Positions 18,752 through 28,226 of a DNA stretch of 64,000 bases are shown here, one piece after another. The notes under the pieces were generated by a model. That model did no database searches. It saw only the letters and a list, made by a program, of their open reading frames with translations, and was not told where the DNA came from. Origin of the DNA: an uncultured delta proteobacterium (GTDB lineage: Bacteria; Desulfobacterota; Binatia; Binatales; Binataceae); the NCBI GenBank assembly GCA_963711565.1, contig CAVQEQ010000003.1, positions 32,001-96,000 of the forward strand, in the 5' to 3' direction. Each line of letters opens with the position of its first letter. Position 1 is the first letter of the stretch. Position numbers and translations under genes: made by a program.

Positions 18752-19536
18752 ATGGGCGAGATTTTCGTTCAGGCCGAGACGCTCTGGTATCGCGAGGTCG
18801 TGCGGTTCATCCGCCAACCGATCCGCGTGATGAGCGCAATAGCGACGCCGCTGGTTTTCTGGCTGCTGCTCGGCGCGGCCTGCAAGCGTCGTTCAAGCCG
18901 AGCGGGATGCCGGCCGGAATCGACTACGTGCAGTACTTTTATCCCGGCGTGATCGTGCTGATGCTGCTGTTCACGGCGATTTTCGCGACCGCCTCGACCG
19001 TTGACGATCGCCGCCAGGGTTTTCTGCAAGGCGTGCTGGTCGCCCCAATCTCACGCGCGACGATCGTGCTGGGCCAGGCGCTCGGATGCACCACGCTCTC
19101 CCTGATGCAGGGCGCCATCTTCCTCGCGATGGCGCCGTTGGCGGGAATCCACCTCAGCCTCGAAGCGATCGTGGTGTCGCTTGCGATGATGGGGTTGATC
19201 GCGTTCGCGATGACGAGCATCGGATTGGCGATGGCGTGGAAGACGGAATCGACGCAGGGTTTCCACGCGTTCATGAACATGCTGTTGCTACCCATCTGGA
19301 TGCTGTCGGGCGCGGTCTTTCCAGTAGCGGGCGCGCCGGGATGGTTTCAATGGACGACGCGGCTGAATCCGCTGACCTACGCGGTGGACGCGCTGCGGCG
19401 CGGGCTCTATCTCGCGGAGCCGGCATCGAGCGGCGCAACGACGCCGATGGGATCGTCCGTATTGATCGCGATCGCATTTGCCGCGTTCGCGTTCATCCTC
19501 GCAACCCGCGTCGCCCGCACCGCCTCGACGATTTGA
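18752..19536 (+). pseudogene. ABC-2 permease, frameshifted near 18877 (possible sequencing error)
   Basis: ORF 18752-18952 (WYREVVRF...PLVFWLLLGA) continues in another frame (LQASFKPSGMPAGIDYVQYFYPG...NPLTYAVD); adding one G to GG at 18877-18878 restores the frame. Confidence 0.85.
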
Positions 19537-19577
19537 TATCTGGAACAGCACTCACCTAAAACTCGCGATTTGCGCAC

Positions 19578-19597
19578 TGTTGGCAGTTATGCCAACA
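19578..19597. promoter_or_regulatory. TA operator palindrome
   Basis: TGTTGGCA-GTTA-TGCCAACA immediately upstream of the toxin gene. Confidence 0.75.
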
Positions 19598-19623
19598 TGA
19601 TAGAAAGGTAACAGGCAGGAAAG

Positions 19624-19965
19624 ATGATATCGACGCGGCCGGTATCCTGGCTCACGCCTGCGCGCAGGACTTTCGACGGATTTCCGGAAGATGCACGCGA
19701 AACGATTCTCGACGCGTTGACCATTGCCGCGGAAGGCAGCAAAGCGGTGATCGCCAAACCGATGAAAGGGCTTGGATCGGGTGTTTTTGAGATCGCGCTG
19801 CCGTACCGAGGAAATGCCTTTCGAGTGGTGTACGCGGTACAGCTTGGCGATGACCTGTGGGTGGTGCATGCGTTTCAAAAGAAATCGACGCAGGGCATCA
19901 AGACACCGAAGCACGAGATCGATCTGATTCAGAACCGAATCAAGCGGCTGAAGGAGATACTGTGA
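19624..19965 (+). CDS. RelE/ParE-family (Gp49-like) toxin
   Basis: KPMKGLGSGVFEI, AFRVVY, VVHAFQKKS...TPKHEIDLI. Confidence 0.92.
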   Translation: MISTRPVSWLTPARRTFDGFPEDARETILDALTIAAEGSKAVIAKPMKGLGSGVFEIALPYRGNAFRVVYAVQLGDDLWVVHAFQKKSTQGIKTPKHEIDLIQNRIKRLKEIL

Positions 19966-20288
19966 TGAAAAAGCACGAGCCTGAAATTATCCGCGGGAGC
20001 GGAAATATCTATCGCGATTTCAATCTCCCAGACGCCGACGTTCGTCAGTTAAAGGCGATCCTGGCGGCTGCGATCATTAAAACGCTCGACCGAAGAAGCC
20101 TTAGCGTTCGCAGCGCGCAGCGCCTTACGGGGATCGATGCGGGAGACTTCTCACGCGTGCGCAATGCGGATTTTCGGCGCATCAGCGTCGAACGCCTGAT
20201 GGCTATAATCAATCTGCTGGGATCGCGGGTTAACGTAGAGATAAAGCTGCGTCGAAAACAAACCACAGCGAAAGGCGTTGCCGCGTAA
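19965..20288 (+). CDS. XRE-family HTH antitoxin
   Basis: GSGNIYRDF motif plus HTH; TGATG overlap with toxin. Confidence 0.9.
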   Translation: MKKHEPEIIRGSGNIYRDFNLPDADVRQLKAILAAAIIKTLDRRSLSVRSAQRLTGIDAGDFSRVRNADFRRISVERLMAIINLLGSRVNVEIKLRRKQTTAKGVAA

Positions 20289-20296
20289 TCGACGAC

Positions 20297-21064
20297 TTAC
20301 CGCGGCGGCATCCGCAGCGCGCCGTCGAGGCGGATCGTCTCGCCGTTCAGCATTTCGTTCTCGACGATTTGGCGCGCGAGCGCTGCGTACTCGGACGGCT
20401 TGCCCAGGCGCTGCGGAAACGGGATCTGCGCGGCCAGCGCTTTGCGATTCGGCTCGGGCAGACCGGCGAGCATCGGCGTCTCGAAAGTTCCCGGCGCGAT
20501 CGTGCAGATGCGGATGCCGAGCGACGCGAGGTCGCGCGCGATTGGCAGCGTCATCGAAACCACCCCGCCCTTCGACGCCGAGTACGCAACCTGCCCGATC
20601 TGTCCATCGAACGCGGCGACTGACGCGGTATTGATGATGACGCCGCGCTCGCCGTCGGGACCCGGCTGATTCTTTGCCATTTGCGCCGCCGCCAGCCGCG
20701 TGACATTGAAAGTCCCGATGAGATTCACTGCGATTACTTTGCTGAACAGGTCGAGCGAGTGCGGGCCGTCCTTGGTCACCGTGCGCATCGCGCGGCCGAT
20801 GCCGGCGCAGTTTACGGCGATCTGAATCGAGGAGAACTTCGCGACCGTTTTAGCAATCGCGTCCGTAACTTGCTCAGCGGAAGCGACATCGGCCTCGACA
20901 AAAAGCGCATTGGCGCCGAGCGACTCGGCGACTTTGGCGCTTGGCGATGACGGCAAATCGAGAATCGCAACCTTGGCGCCGGCCGCCGCGAATTCGCGCA
21001 CGGTAGCCTCGCCGAGTCCGGAGCCGCCACCAGTCACAAGCGCGACCGCATTTTTGAGATTCAT
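20297..21064 (-). CDS. 3-hydroxyacyl-CoA dehydrogenase type II (HSD10-like SDR)
   Basis: [44 protein letters not shown]. Confidence 0.93.
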   Translation of the reverse strand: MNLKNAVALVTGGGSGLGEATVREFAAAGAKVAILDLPSSPSAKVAESLGANALFVEADVASAEQVTDAIAKTVAKFSSIQIAVNCAGIGRAMRTVTKDGPHSLDLFSKVIAVNLIGTFNVTRLAAAQMAKNQPGPDGERGVIINTASVAAFDGQIGQVAYSASKGGVVSMTLPIARDLASLGIRICTIAPGTFETPMLAGLPEPNRKALAAQIPFPQRLGKPSEYAALARQIVENEMLNGETIRLDGALRMPPR

Positions 21065-21134
21065 ATCGACCTCGCGGGAGTAAGTGCTGCAAACGCGAAG
21101 AGGTTAGAACCGTAGTCGGCGCGATGCAACCGGA

Positions 21135-21180
21135 GAAGGAACCTAACCTTGGCCCCTTCCCTCGAGCGAAGGGAAACAAT
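21135..21180. repeat. Short REP-like palindromic element
   Basis: GAAGGAACCTAACC...CCCTTCCCTCGAGCGAAGGG hairpin; only one copy in the window. Confidence 0.35.
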
Positions 21181-21192
21181 TATTCGGATTGA

Positions 21193-23244
21193 TCAGGGGG
21201 ACAGTGCCGGTTGGATCGAATGCGGTGCTTCTAGCATTCGCCGGGCGATGGCGATGGCGTCGCTCGAGCCGGCCAATTCGAGGATGTCGCCGGGACGCAG
21301 CACTTCCTCGCCGGTGGGCACTACCACTTCAGAATCGCCGCGGCCGATCGCGACTATCACCGCGCCGCTGCTGGCGTGCAAGCCCAGCTCTGCGAGGCTT
21401 TTGCCCACGCCTTCGCTGTCGGCGGCCAGCGGGACCGGCGTGATCATCCCAATGCCGGGGACCTCGTAAGATCGCGCGCCGTCGGCGCCGGCATGACCAC
21501 CCTGCAGCGCGAGACGAATAAGCTGGGTGGCATTGCGAATCTGTCCTTGTATCTGGCGCGCGCTGCGGGTCACGACGACGATCAACAACACACTCGTGAT
21601 CACGATGATGCCGATGCCTTCCAGCGGCTCCATAAACGGCTGAACGATCGCAAGCAACGGCACCGCCGTGACCAGCAGAATCGTGATCTGCAGCAATTCG
21701 ATCAACGCATTCATCGCCGGCGCCCCGCTCGCGGGAAGTTCAGCGAAGGCGCGCGCGGCGAGCGCGGCCGCCAGCCGCCGCGACGCGAAGTACATCGCGG
21801 CCGCAGGCACGGCACATACCAGGAGCGCGAACGCGTCCATGTACAGGCCGGCGTTGAAATAGTTGAGATGCTCGATACTCGCGACGGTCGTAGTCAGGTC
21901 GAACGGATCGAATTCGTTGACGATGAGAATCGCGCCAATCAGGATTGCGCTGGAGACGATTGCTGCCGTCGGCCAGGCGATCGAATTGGCGTCGCGCGCG
22001 GGCTCTTCTGCGTTGCGAATTCGCTCGAGCCAGGAGTCGTAGAGCGCTTCGAGCACTTTCAGCCGCTGCGGCATCCGCGCGGACACGAACTCGGCGACCG
22101 GAATCGAGCCGCGGATCATGTACGGCGTCAGGAACGTGGTAATCGCGGAGACTGCGACGGCGAGCGTGTAGAGAAAATCGCGGGTTGCGCCAATCTTCAA
22201 GCCGGCGCCGGCGATGATGAACGAGAATTCGCCGATTTGCGACAGGCTCATGCCGGCCTCAATCGAGATTTTGGTGCCGGCTCCGCTCAAGATCGAAGCC
22301 AACGTCACGCCGAAAATTTTCCCGCCGATCACCGCCAGCGTCAGTACAATCAGCGCCTGCCAGTGCTGCTGGATAAGCATGGGATCGATCATCATGCCGA
22401 CCGACACGAAGAACACCGCGCCGAATATATCTCGCAGCGGCGCCACCAGATGCTCGATCTGGGCGGCCTCGCCGGATTCCGCAACCAGGGACCCCGCCAG
22501 GAAGGCGCCAAGCGCGACTGAGTAGCCCGCACGCTCGGCGACAATCGAGAAGGCGAAGCACAGACCAACGACCGCGACCAGCGTCGTCTCGGGCCGGCCC
22601 ATCCGCACTACGAATCGCACCAACGGCGGCACGACGAGGAAGCCGATGCCGACGAATGCAACCAGGAAAAGGATCAGGCGCGCGATCGTCACCGTCATCA
22701 GCGACGCCGACACACTCGCGCCCGAGGCCAGTGTGGTCAGGATCGCGAGCTCGACGACCGCGGTTAGATCTTCAGCGAGTAGTACTCCGAACACCAGTTC
22801 GCGCAGGCGGTCGGAGACGGGTGTTTCCTGGTAGGCCTTGGCGACGATGGTCGTGCTCGAAATTGAAAGGATCGCGCCGGTGAAGATGCTCTCGAGCGGC
22901 GTCCATCCGAGCGCACGTCCGCATACGTAACCGATCCAGACCATGATGCCGACCTGGAGCGCGGTGATGAAGCCCGAGGTCGGGCCGAGGCGAATCAGCT
23001 TGCGCACGCTGAACTCGAGGCCCAGGGCGAACATCAAGAGGATCACGCCAAGCTCGGAGAGCGTGTGGATGCGCTCGGGGTCGGCGAGCAGCGGCGGAAT
23101 GTAAGGACCGACGATCAAGCCCGCGATCAGGTAGCCGACAACGACTGGCTGGCGGATCTTCTGAAACAATATCGTGGTGATGGCGGCGACGCATAGCACC
23201 ATCGCGAGATCTTCGAGAAATGTTTGTGAAGCGATTACGTGCAC
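21193..23244 (-). CDS. CPA2 cation:proton antiporter with C-terminal TrkA-C domain
   Basis: LGVILLMFALGLEFS, ISSTTIV, LGAFLAG, FFVSVGM, QIGEFSF; C-terminal LRPGDIL. Confidence 0.92.
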   Translation of the reverse strand: MHVIASQTFLEDLAMVLCVAAITTILFQKIRQPVVVGYLIAGLIVGPYIPPLLADPERIHTLSELGVILLMFALGLEFSVRKLIRLGPTSGFITALQVGIMVWIGYVCGRALGWTPLESIFTGAILSISSTTIVAKAYQETPVSDRLRELVFGVLLAEDLTAVVELAILTTLASGASVSASLMTVTIARLILFLVAFVGIGFLVVPPLVRFVVRMGRPETTLVAVVGLCFAFSIVAERAGYSVALGAFLAGSLVAESGEAAQIEHLVAPLRDIFGAVFFVSVGMMIDPMLIQQHWQALIVLTLAVIGGKIFGVTLASILSGAGTKISIEAGMSLSQIGEFSFIIAGAGLKIGATRDFLYTLAVAVSAITTFLTPYMIRGSIPVAEFVSARMPQRLKVLEALYDSWLERIRNAEEPARDANSIAWPTAAIVSSAILIGAILIVNEFDPFDLTTTVASIEHLNYFNAGLYMDAFALLVCAVPAAAMYFASRRLAAALAARAFAELPASGAPAMNALIELLQITILLVTAVPLLAIVQPFMEPLEGIGIIVITSVLLIVVVTRSARQIQGQIRNATQLIRLALQGGHAGADGARSYEVPGIGMITPVPLAADSEGVGKSLAELGLHASSGAVIVAIGRGDSEVVVPTGEEVLRPGDILELAGSSDAIAIARRMLEAPHSIQPALSP

Positions 23245-23298
23245 AGCGGCGACGGTGCATTCTAACTTGTCGCGGTGCGCGAGTGCGAGGGTGTACCC

Positions 23299-24462
23299 TC
23301 AACGAGCGTCAGTGACGCGGGGCAGTACCTTGGTCCAGAACAGCTCGATCGTTTTCATCAGGCGGTCGTGCGGCATCAGGCCGTTGTACATCCACGCGAA
23401 GATCCACCTGATCGGCAGACGCTTCAGCAGGTGCTCAACCTGACGGGTGACAGTGTCAACCGTGCCGACGAACGCGAGGCCGTTGCTCCATAGATCGGCG
23501 GGCTCACCGGTTTTGGGATCGTCGAGACCTTTGGAAAATCCGAACGGCTCGAACCATTCGTGGCCGCAGAAATAACCGCTCTCCCGCCAGATTGCGCGCG
23601 CTTCGTCGTCGCTGTCGGCGATCACGATGTCGCGCAGCACGCCCATCCCCTCGCCGAGGGGCTTGCGCGAGACCTCCGCATACACTTCACAGAGCTGATG
23701 CTCGAGCGAGGGATGCAACGGCGGCAAAATCGCGGTGACGCCCTCCTGCGCACACCATCTAATGCTGCGCTCGGACGACGCGAACGGCTGGAAGATCGGC
23801 GGGTGCGGCTTCTGCACGGGCTTGGGCACGACCGAGACCGCGCGCACGATTCCGTTTTCGATGCCGCCGCCCCATTTGGCGGTCGCATCGAGCGTCCACG
23901 GCGTTTTGCCGGGCGGGATGCGCCAGTACTTGCCCTCGTACGAAATAAAATCCTGGGTCCATGCCTGCTTGATGATGCGAAAATTTTCCTCGAACGCCGC
24001 GCGATTCGCGTTGTCGATCTCGTCGTGCTGATGCGGCAGCGCACCATGAATTCCGTGCGTCTGCTGAGCCATGATATCGACCCATCGCCGCTGATAGCCG
24101 CGCGCGAAGCCGGCGTTGGCGCGCCCGCCGCTCATGTGATCGAGCATCGCAATGTCCTCGGCGACGCGCAGAGGATTTTGCGACGGCAACACGATGCCGA
24201 GCTGGCCGACGCGCAGCTGCTTGGTCTGCATCGCGACGTACAAGTCGAGCAGCACGGGGTTGTTCGACAGCTCGAAGCCTTCGACGTGAAAATGATGCTC
24301 GGTGAAACTGATCGAGTCGTAGCCGAGGTCGTCGGCGAGCCGGGCCTGTCCCGTGATGTCGTGCAGCATCTGATCGTAAAGATGACCTTGCAAGCCGACG
24401 CGGCCCTTTTCGATGTCGGCTTTGCTGCCGACCGACGGTAGATAGAAGAGCGAGACCTTCAT
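23299..24462 (-). CDS. LLM class flavin-dependent oxidoreductase
   Basis: TEHHF, NPLRVAEDIAMLDHMSGGR, PKPVQKPHPPI. Confidence 0.92.
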   Translation of the reverse strand: MKVSLFYLPSVGSKADIEKGRVGLQGHLYDQMLHDITGQARLADDLGYDSISFTEHHFHVEGFELSNNPVLLDLYVAMQTKQLRVGQLGIVLPSQNPLRVAEDIAMLDHMSGGRANAGFARGYQRRWVDIMAQQTHGIHGALPHQHDEIDNANRAAFEENFRIIKQAWTQDFISYEGKYWRIPPGKTPWTLDATAKWGGGIENGIVRAVSVVPKPVQKPHPPIFQPFASSERSIRWCAQEGVTAILPPLHPSLEHQLCEVYAEVSRKPLGEGMGVLRDIVIADSDDEARAIWRESGYFCGHEWFEPFGFSKGLDDPKTGEPADLWSNGLAFVGTVDTVTRQVEHLLKRLPIRWIFAWMYNGLMPHDRLMKTIELFWTKVLPRVTDAR

Positions 24463-24617
24463 GGTATCCCGACTGTAGAACTCCTCGACTGAAAACGCCA
24501 AACGACAAGCACCACTCAGGTCTTTGCCGAAATCAACTGGGCGGCGCTATAGTCGGGGCGCAATCCGGCGCAAAACGATTCCGGCGATCGGCAAAAATTA
24601 TTGGAGAGGTTAAATCG

Positions 24618-25508
24618 ATGTCGCAACAACAACTCCAGCAGATAATCCAAATGCTCAAGGCGCAGCCGATTGCGGGCCATCCGACGGTCCAGGAGACCCG
24701 CGCGAATTTCGAGCAGATGGCGGCGCTATTTCCGGTCGCCGCCAACGTCAAGTGCGAGCCGGTGAACGCCGACGGCATCAAGGCGGAATGGGTCACTGCG
24801 CCAGGCGCCGACGCGGGGCGCGCGGTGCTCTACCTGCACGGTGGCGGCTACGTGATCGGATCGATCAATACGCATCGCGATCTCGCCGCACGAATCTCGC
24901 GCGCGGCAAAGGCGCGCGTGCTGTTAATCGACTACCGGCTCGCGCCCGAGCATCCGTTTCCGGCGGCGGTCGAGGATTCCGTGACCGCGTACCGCTGGAT
25001 GTTGGCGCAGGGATTTAAGGCCTCGCGCATTGCAATCGCGGGCGACTCTGCCGGCGGGGGACTCACGGTTGCGGCGCTGGTTGCGATTCGCGACGCCAAG
25101 CTCGCCAGTCCCGGCGCGGGAGTGTGCCTGTCGCCGTGGACCGATCTCGAAGGCCTGGGCGATTCGATGAAGTCCAAGGCGTCGGTCGATCCGATGGTGA
25201 ACAAGGAGGCGCTGGCCGAAATGGCGGCGCACTACCTGGCCGGGCAGAATCCGCGCAGCCCGCTCGCCGCGCCCCTGTATGCCGACCTTGCTGGACTGCC
25301 GCCGCTGCTGATCCACGTCGGCACCGCGGAGACCTTGCTCGACGACTCGACGCGTCTCGCAGAACGCGCGCGCAAGGCGGGCGTGAAGGTCACGCTCGAG
25401 CCGTGGGAGAACATGATCCACGTCTTCCAGGTGTTCGCGCCTATGCTCGACGAGGGCCAAGAGGCGATCGAAAAGATTGGGGAGTTCGTCCGCGCCAACG
25501 CCGCGTAA
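24618..25508 (+). CDS. HSL-family alpha/beta hydrolase (esterase)
   Basis: HGGG, DYRLAPEHPFPAA, GDSAGG, HVF. Confidence 0.95.
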   Translation: MSQQQLQQIIQMLKAQPIAGHPTVQETRANFEQMAALFPVAANVKCEPVNADGIKAEWVTAPGADAGRAVLYLHGGGYVIGSINTHRDLAARISRAAKARVLLIDYRLAPEHPFPAAVEDSVTAYRWMLAQGFKASRIAIAGDSAGGGLTVAALVAIRDAKLASPGAGVCLSPWTDLEGLGDSMKSKASVDPMVNKEALAEMAAHYLAGQNPRSPLAAPLYADLAGLPPLLIHVGTAETLLDDSTRLAERARKAGVKVTLEPWENMIHVFQVFAPMLDEGQEAIEKIGEFVRANAA

Positions 25509-26223
25509 GATTGGTGCGTCCATCGGCGAGCGCGTAGCCGCTCTGGACTGGGAGCGCATCGGGCGCGACCTCGACCAGCAGGGCTACGCGGCGACCGGCG
25601 GAGTTTTGCGCGCGGCCGAGTGCAGCGAACTGATCGCGCTGTACCCCGATCGCGAGCGTTTTCGCAGCCGCGTCGTGATGGAACGGCATCGCTATGGCGT
25701 CGGTGAGTACAAGTATTTTGCGCGACCGATGCCGCCGCTGGTCGAGGAGCTGCGCGTCACGTTGTATCGCAAGCTGGCGGCGACGGCGAATCGATGGGCC
25801 GAGCGGATGCGCTCGCGCGATTCGTATCCGGCTACGCTCGCGGAATTCCTGAAAGTTTGCGCCGCTCACGGACAGACCAGGCCGACGCCGCTGATCCTTC
25901 GCTACGAGGCCGGCGGCTACAACTGCCTGCATCAGGATTTGTACGGCGAGGTCGCGTTTCCGCTGCAGTTCACGTGCGCACTCAGCCGGCGCGGGCGCGA
26001 CTTCGAAGGCGGAGAGCTATTGCTCGTCGAGCAGCGGCCACGCGCACAATCGCGCGGCGAAGCGATCGGGCTCGATCTCGGCGAAGGAATTATCTTCGCG
26101 AATCGTTACCGCCCCGCGCCGGGCACGAGGGGATACCATCGCGTGAACATGCGTCACGGCGTCAGCACTATAAAATCAGGCGTGCGCTACGCGATGGGCG
26201 TCATCTTCCACGACGCTGCGTGA
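25477..26223 (+). CDS. 2OG-Fe(II) oxygenase (DUF2086-like)
   Basis: GEYKYF, RPTPLILRY, NCLHQDLYG, EQRPRAQSR, RHGVS, IFHDA; start uncertain. Confidence 0.88.
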   Translation: MGSSSAPTPRKIGASIGERVAALDWERIGRDLDQQGYAATGGVLRAAECSELIALYPDRERFRSRVVMERHRYGVGEYKYFARPMPPLVEELRVTLYRKLAATANRWAERMRSRDSYPATLAEFLKVCAAHGQTRPTPLILRYEAGGYNCLHQDLYGEVAFPLQFTCALSRRGRDFEGGELLLVEQRPRAQSRGEAIGLDLGEGIIFANRYRPAPGTRGYHRVNMRHGVSTIKSGVRYAMGVIFHDAA

Positions 26224-26238
26224 ACCCAGTGAACCAGC

Positions 26239-26493
26239 CTACGGATTGTGGTCGTCGGCCGCACACTTGCCGTCGCTGCATTCGCAACTCGCGCCTTCGT
26301 TGTCGGTACGGTACTGGCCGCAGAAGTCGGCGCAGGCCGTCAGGTTGTCGTCCGTACCGTAGAAGCCTTTGCACCCTGCCGCGGCGGTGGGCGTCTTGGG
26401 ATTGCTGAAGTCGGCGTGACGATCGATGTCAGCCGCATATGCCAACCCCACTACCGCGATCGCAAACAGACCCGACATGATCATCTTTCGCAT
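26239..26493 (-). CDS. Small secreted six-cysteine protein
   Basis: RBS AGGGGA; signal peptide ending AYA; six Cys in the mature part. Confidence 0.65.
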   Translation of the reverse strand: MRKMIMSGLFAIAVVGLAYAADIDRHADFSNPKTPTAAAGCKGFYGTDDNLTACADFCGQYRTDNEGASCECSDGKCAADDHNP

Positions 26494-26710
26494 CGAATCG
26501 TCCCCTAAGCACGAAGCCCCCAAGCCGCGTGCGAGAATCATTTGACGGTATCAACACCCTCCCCTATTCACAAACCAAGTCTCCGAAGCGGCGGGCGGTT
26601 CGAGATGTATCGAAGCACCTTTCACACAATGTTGTCCCCAAAATAACAGACTGCTAGGTTGCGATGAGAACGTAAACGCGCCTGTCTTCAGGCAAAGGGG
26701 AGTCTTTCAA

Positions 26711-27115
26711 ATGCAGCGAAGCTTGCTGGTTGTCTTTCTTTTCGTCTCGATGACCCTTGCGGCGTGCGCGTCGCAGAGCACCTCGAGCAGCGGCGGCGGT
26801 TCGTCGGACGCGGTTGTGATGAACGGATGCAGAGTCGATCCGGCGCGAATCTGTAACACCATTCGCGGTCAGAACGTCGTCATGAGCAACACCGGCTTAA
26901 CGGCCGACTCGCGGATGGTCGAGCAGGATTCGGCGCGCACGGCGAACATCCAGGTCCCAATCAAAAAACCCAACGGCGATGAACTCTTCGAAGTTGAATG
27001 CAGCATGAACACGTTGAATCAATCGGTTAGCTGGGCGCATATCAGACCCGGGCCGACAATCACCGACAACGACGCAACGTATCTGCGCGGGGCGGGCTAC
27101 TGCTCCGAGCCCTGA
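26711..27115 (+). CDS. Hypothetical lipoprotein
   Basis: RBS GGGGAG; lipobox LAA-C; Ser/Gly linker; four further Cys. Confidence 0.7.
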   Translation: MQRSLLVVFLFVSMTLAACASQSTSSSGGGSSDAVVMNGCRVDPARICNTIRGQNVVMSNTGLTADSRMVEQDSARTANIQVPIKKPNGDELFEVECSMNTLNQSVSWAHIRPGPTITDNDATYLRGAGYCSEP

Positions 27116-27125
27116 GCAATTCTTC

Positions 27126-28226
27126 ATGCGATACTTCAAGTTTGCTGTTTTGGGCGTTGCGGCGCTTTTCCTGGCCGCCCACGCCGCGGCGCAGCAGACT
27201 TCCGTTACAACATCGCCGGGAGTGCCGCCCGATTTTACTGAGAGCGCCAAGCAGCGCGTGAACTATTATCGCGCGATGGCGAACTTGCCGCCGATCGTCG
27301 AGGACGCCGCAATCAGCGCCGGCGCGCTAAATCACGCGCGCTACCTGGTAAAGAATGGAATCGCCGGCGGCGACATCATCCTCGACAATGGACAACTGCG
27401 TTCTCAGGCTCCGCAGGACGCCTTCCGATGGGAGGACAAAAGCAGGCCATTCTTCACCAACGACGGCGCGTCGGCCGGCAGATACGCCTCCGTCGTGACG
27501 GCGCGGGAGATCAACTTGAGTGGCGCCGACTTCGTGGATCTCTTGATGACGATGCCGTTCAGAGGACTGGATCCGATGGTGCCGCAGTTCTCGGTCGCCG
27601 GACTCGGCGCATACTGCGACCCGGGCCTGTGCGCGATCGTGATCCCGTATCGCTTCGCCCTGGAGAAGACTGAACGCATCGCGCTCTACGACGGACCGGC
27701 AAGCGACCGATTCTGGAATCCGAACCTCGGGCTCATTCCGATGGAGATCGGCCGGCTGCGCTCGCCCGTCGAATTTCCGCCCGACGGCGCCACCGTCAAC
27801 CTGCAATCGTTCGCCGGCGAGGATTATCCAGATCCGTTGTCGTCATGTCCCGGCTACAAACCTCCGACCGGCGCTCCGATCTCGATTCAACTTGGACAAG
27901 GTTACGGCCCCGACGGCAGCCTCGAAGTCTCATCGGTCCTCGTCATGCGTGACGGCGCCGAAATCGACACGTGCCTGATCACTGCGTCGTCGTACATCGG
28001 GCGCAACGATTCGCAAACACAGATCGGCAAGACCGGCCTCGCAAGCCTCGGCGCGGCTGTGATTCTGCCCCGCGAGCCGCTCGCGCCTGGGCATTACAAG
28101 GTCGCGTTGAAGGAAGCCGACAAGCTCTATCAGTGGGGTTTTACGGTTGTGGCGCCGGCGCGTCAGGCGGCGGCAGTACCTGCGAGTCCGCCGCCGGCTA
28201 GTCGATCGCAGCCGATGACCTGGTAG
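27126..28226 (+). CDS. Secreted CAP/SCP-like domain protein
   Basis: Signal peptide; RVNYYRAMANLPP...ALNHARYL CAP N-terminus; ILPREPLAPGHYKV...WGFTV Ig-like C-terminus. Confidence 0.7.
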   Translation: MRYFKFAVLGVAALFLAAHAAAQQTSVTTSPGVPPDFTESAKQRVNYYRAMANLPPIVEDAAISAGALNHARYLVKNGIAGGDIILDNGQLRSQAPQDAFRWEDKSRPFFTNDGASAGRYASVVTAREINLSGADFVDLLMTMPFRGLDPMVPQFSVAGLGAYCDPGLCAIVIPYRFALEKTERIALYDGPASDRFWNPNLGLIPMEIGRLRSPVEFPPDGATVNLQSFAGEDYPDPLSSCPGYKPPTGAPISIQLGQGYGPDGSLEVSSVLVMRDGAEIDTCLITASSYIGRNDSQTQIGKTGLASLGAAVILPREPLAPGHYKVALKEADKLYQWGFTVVAPARQAAAVPASPPPASRSQPMTW

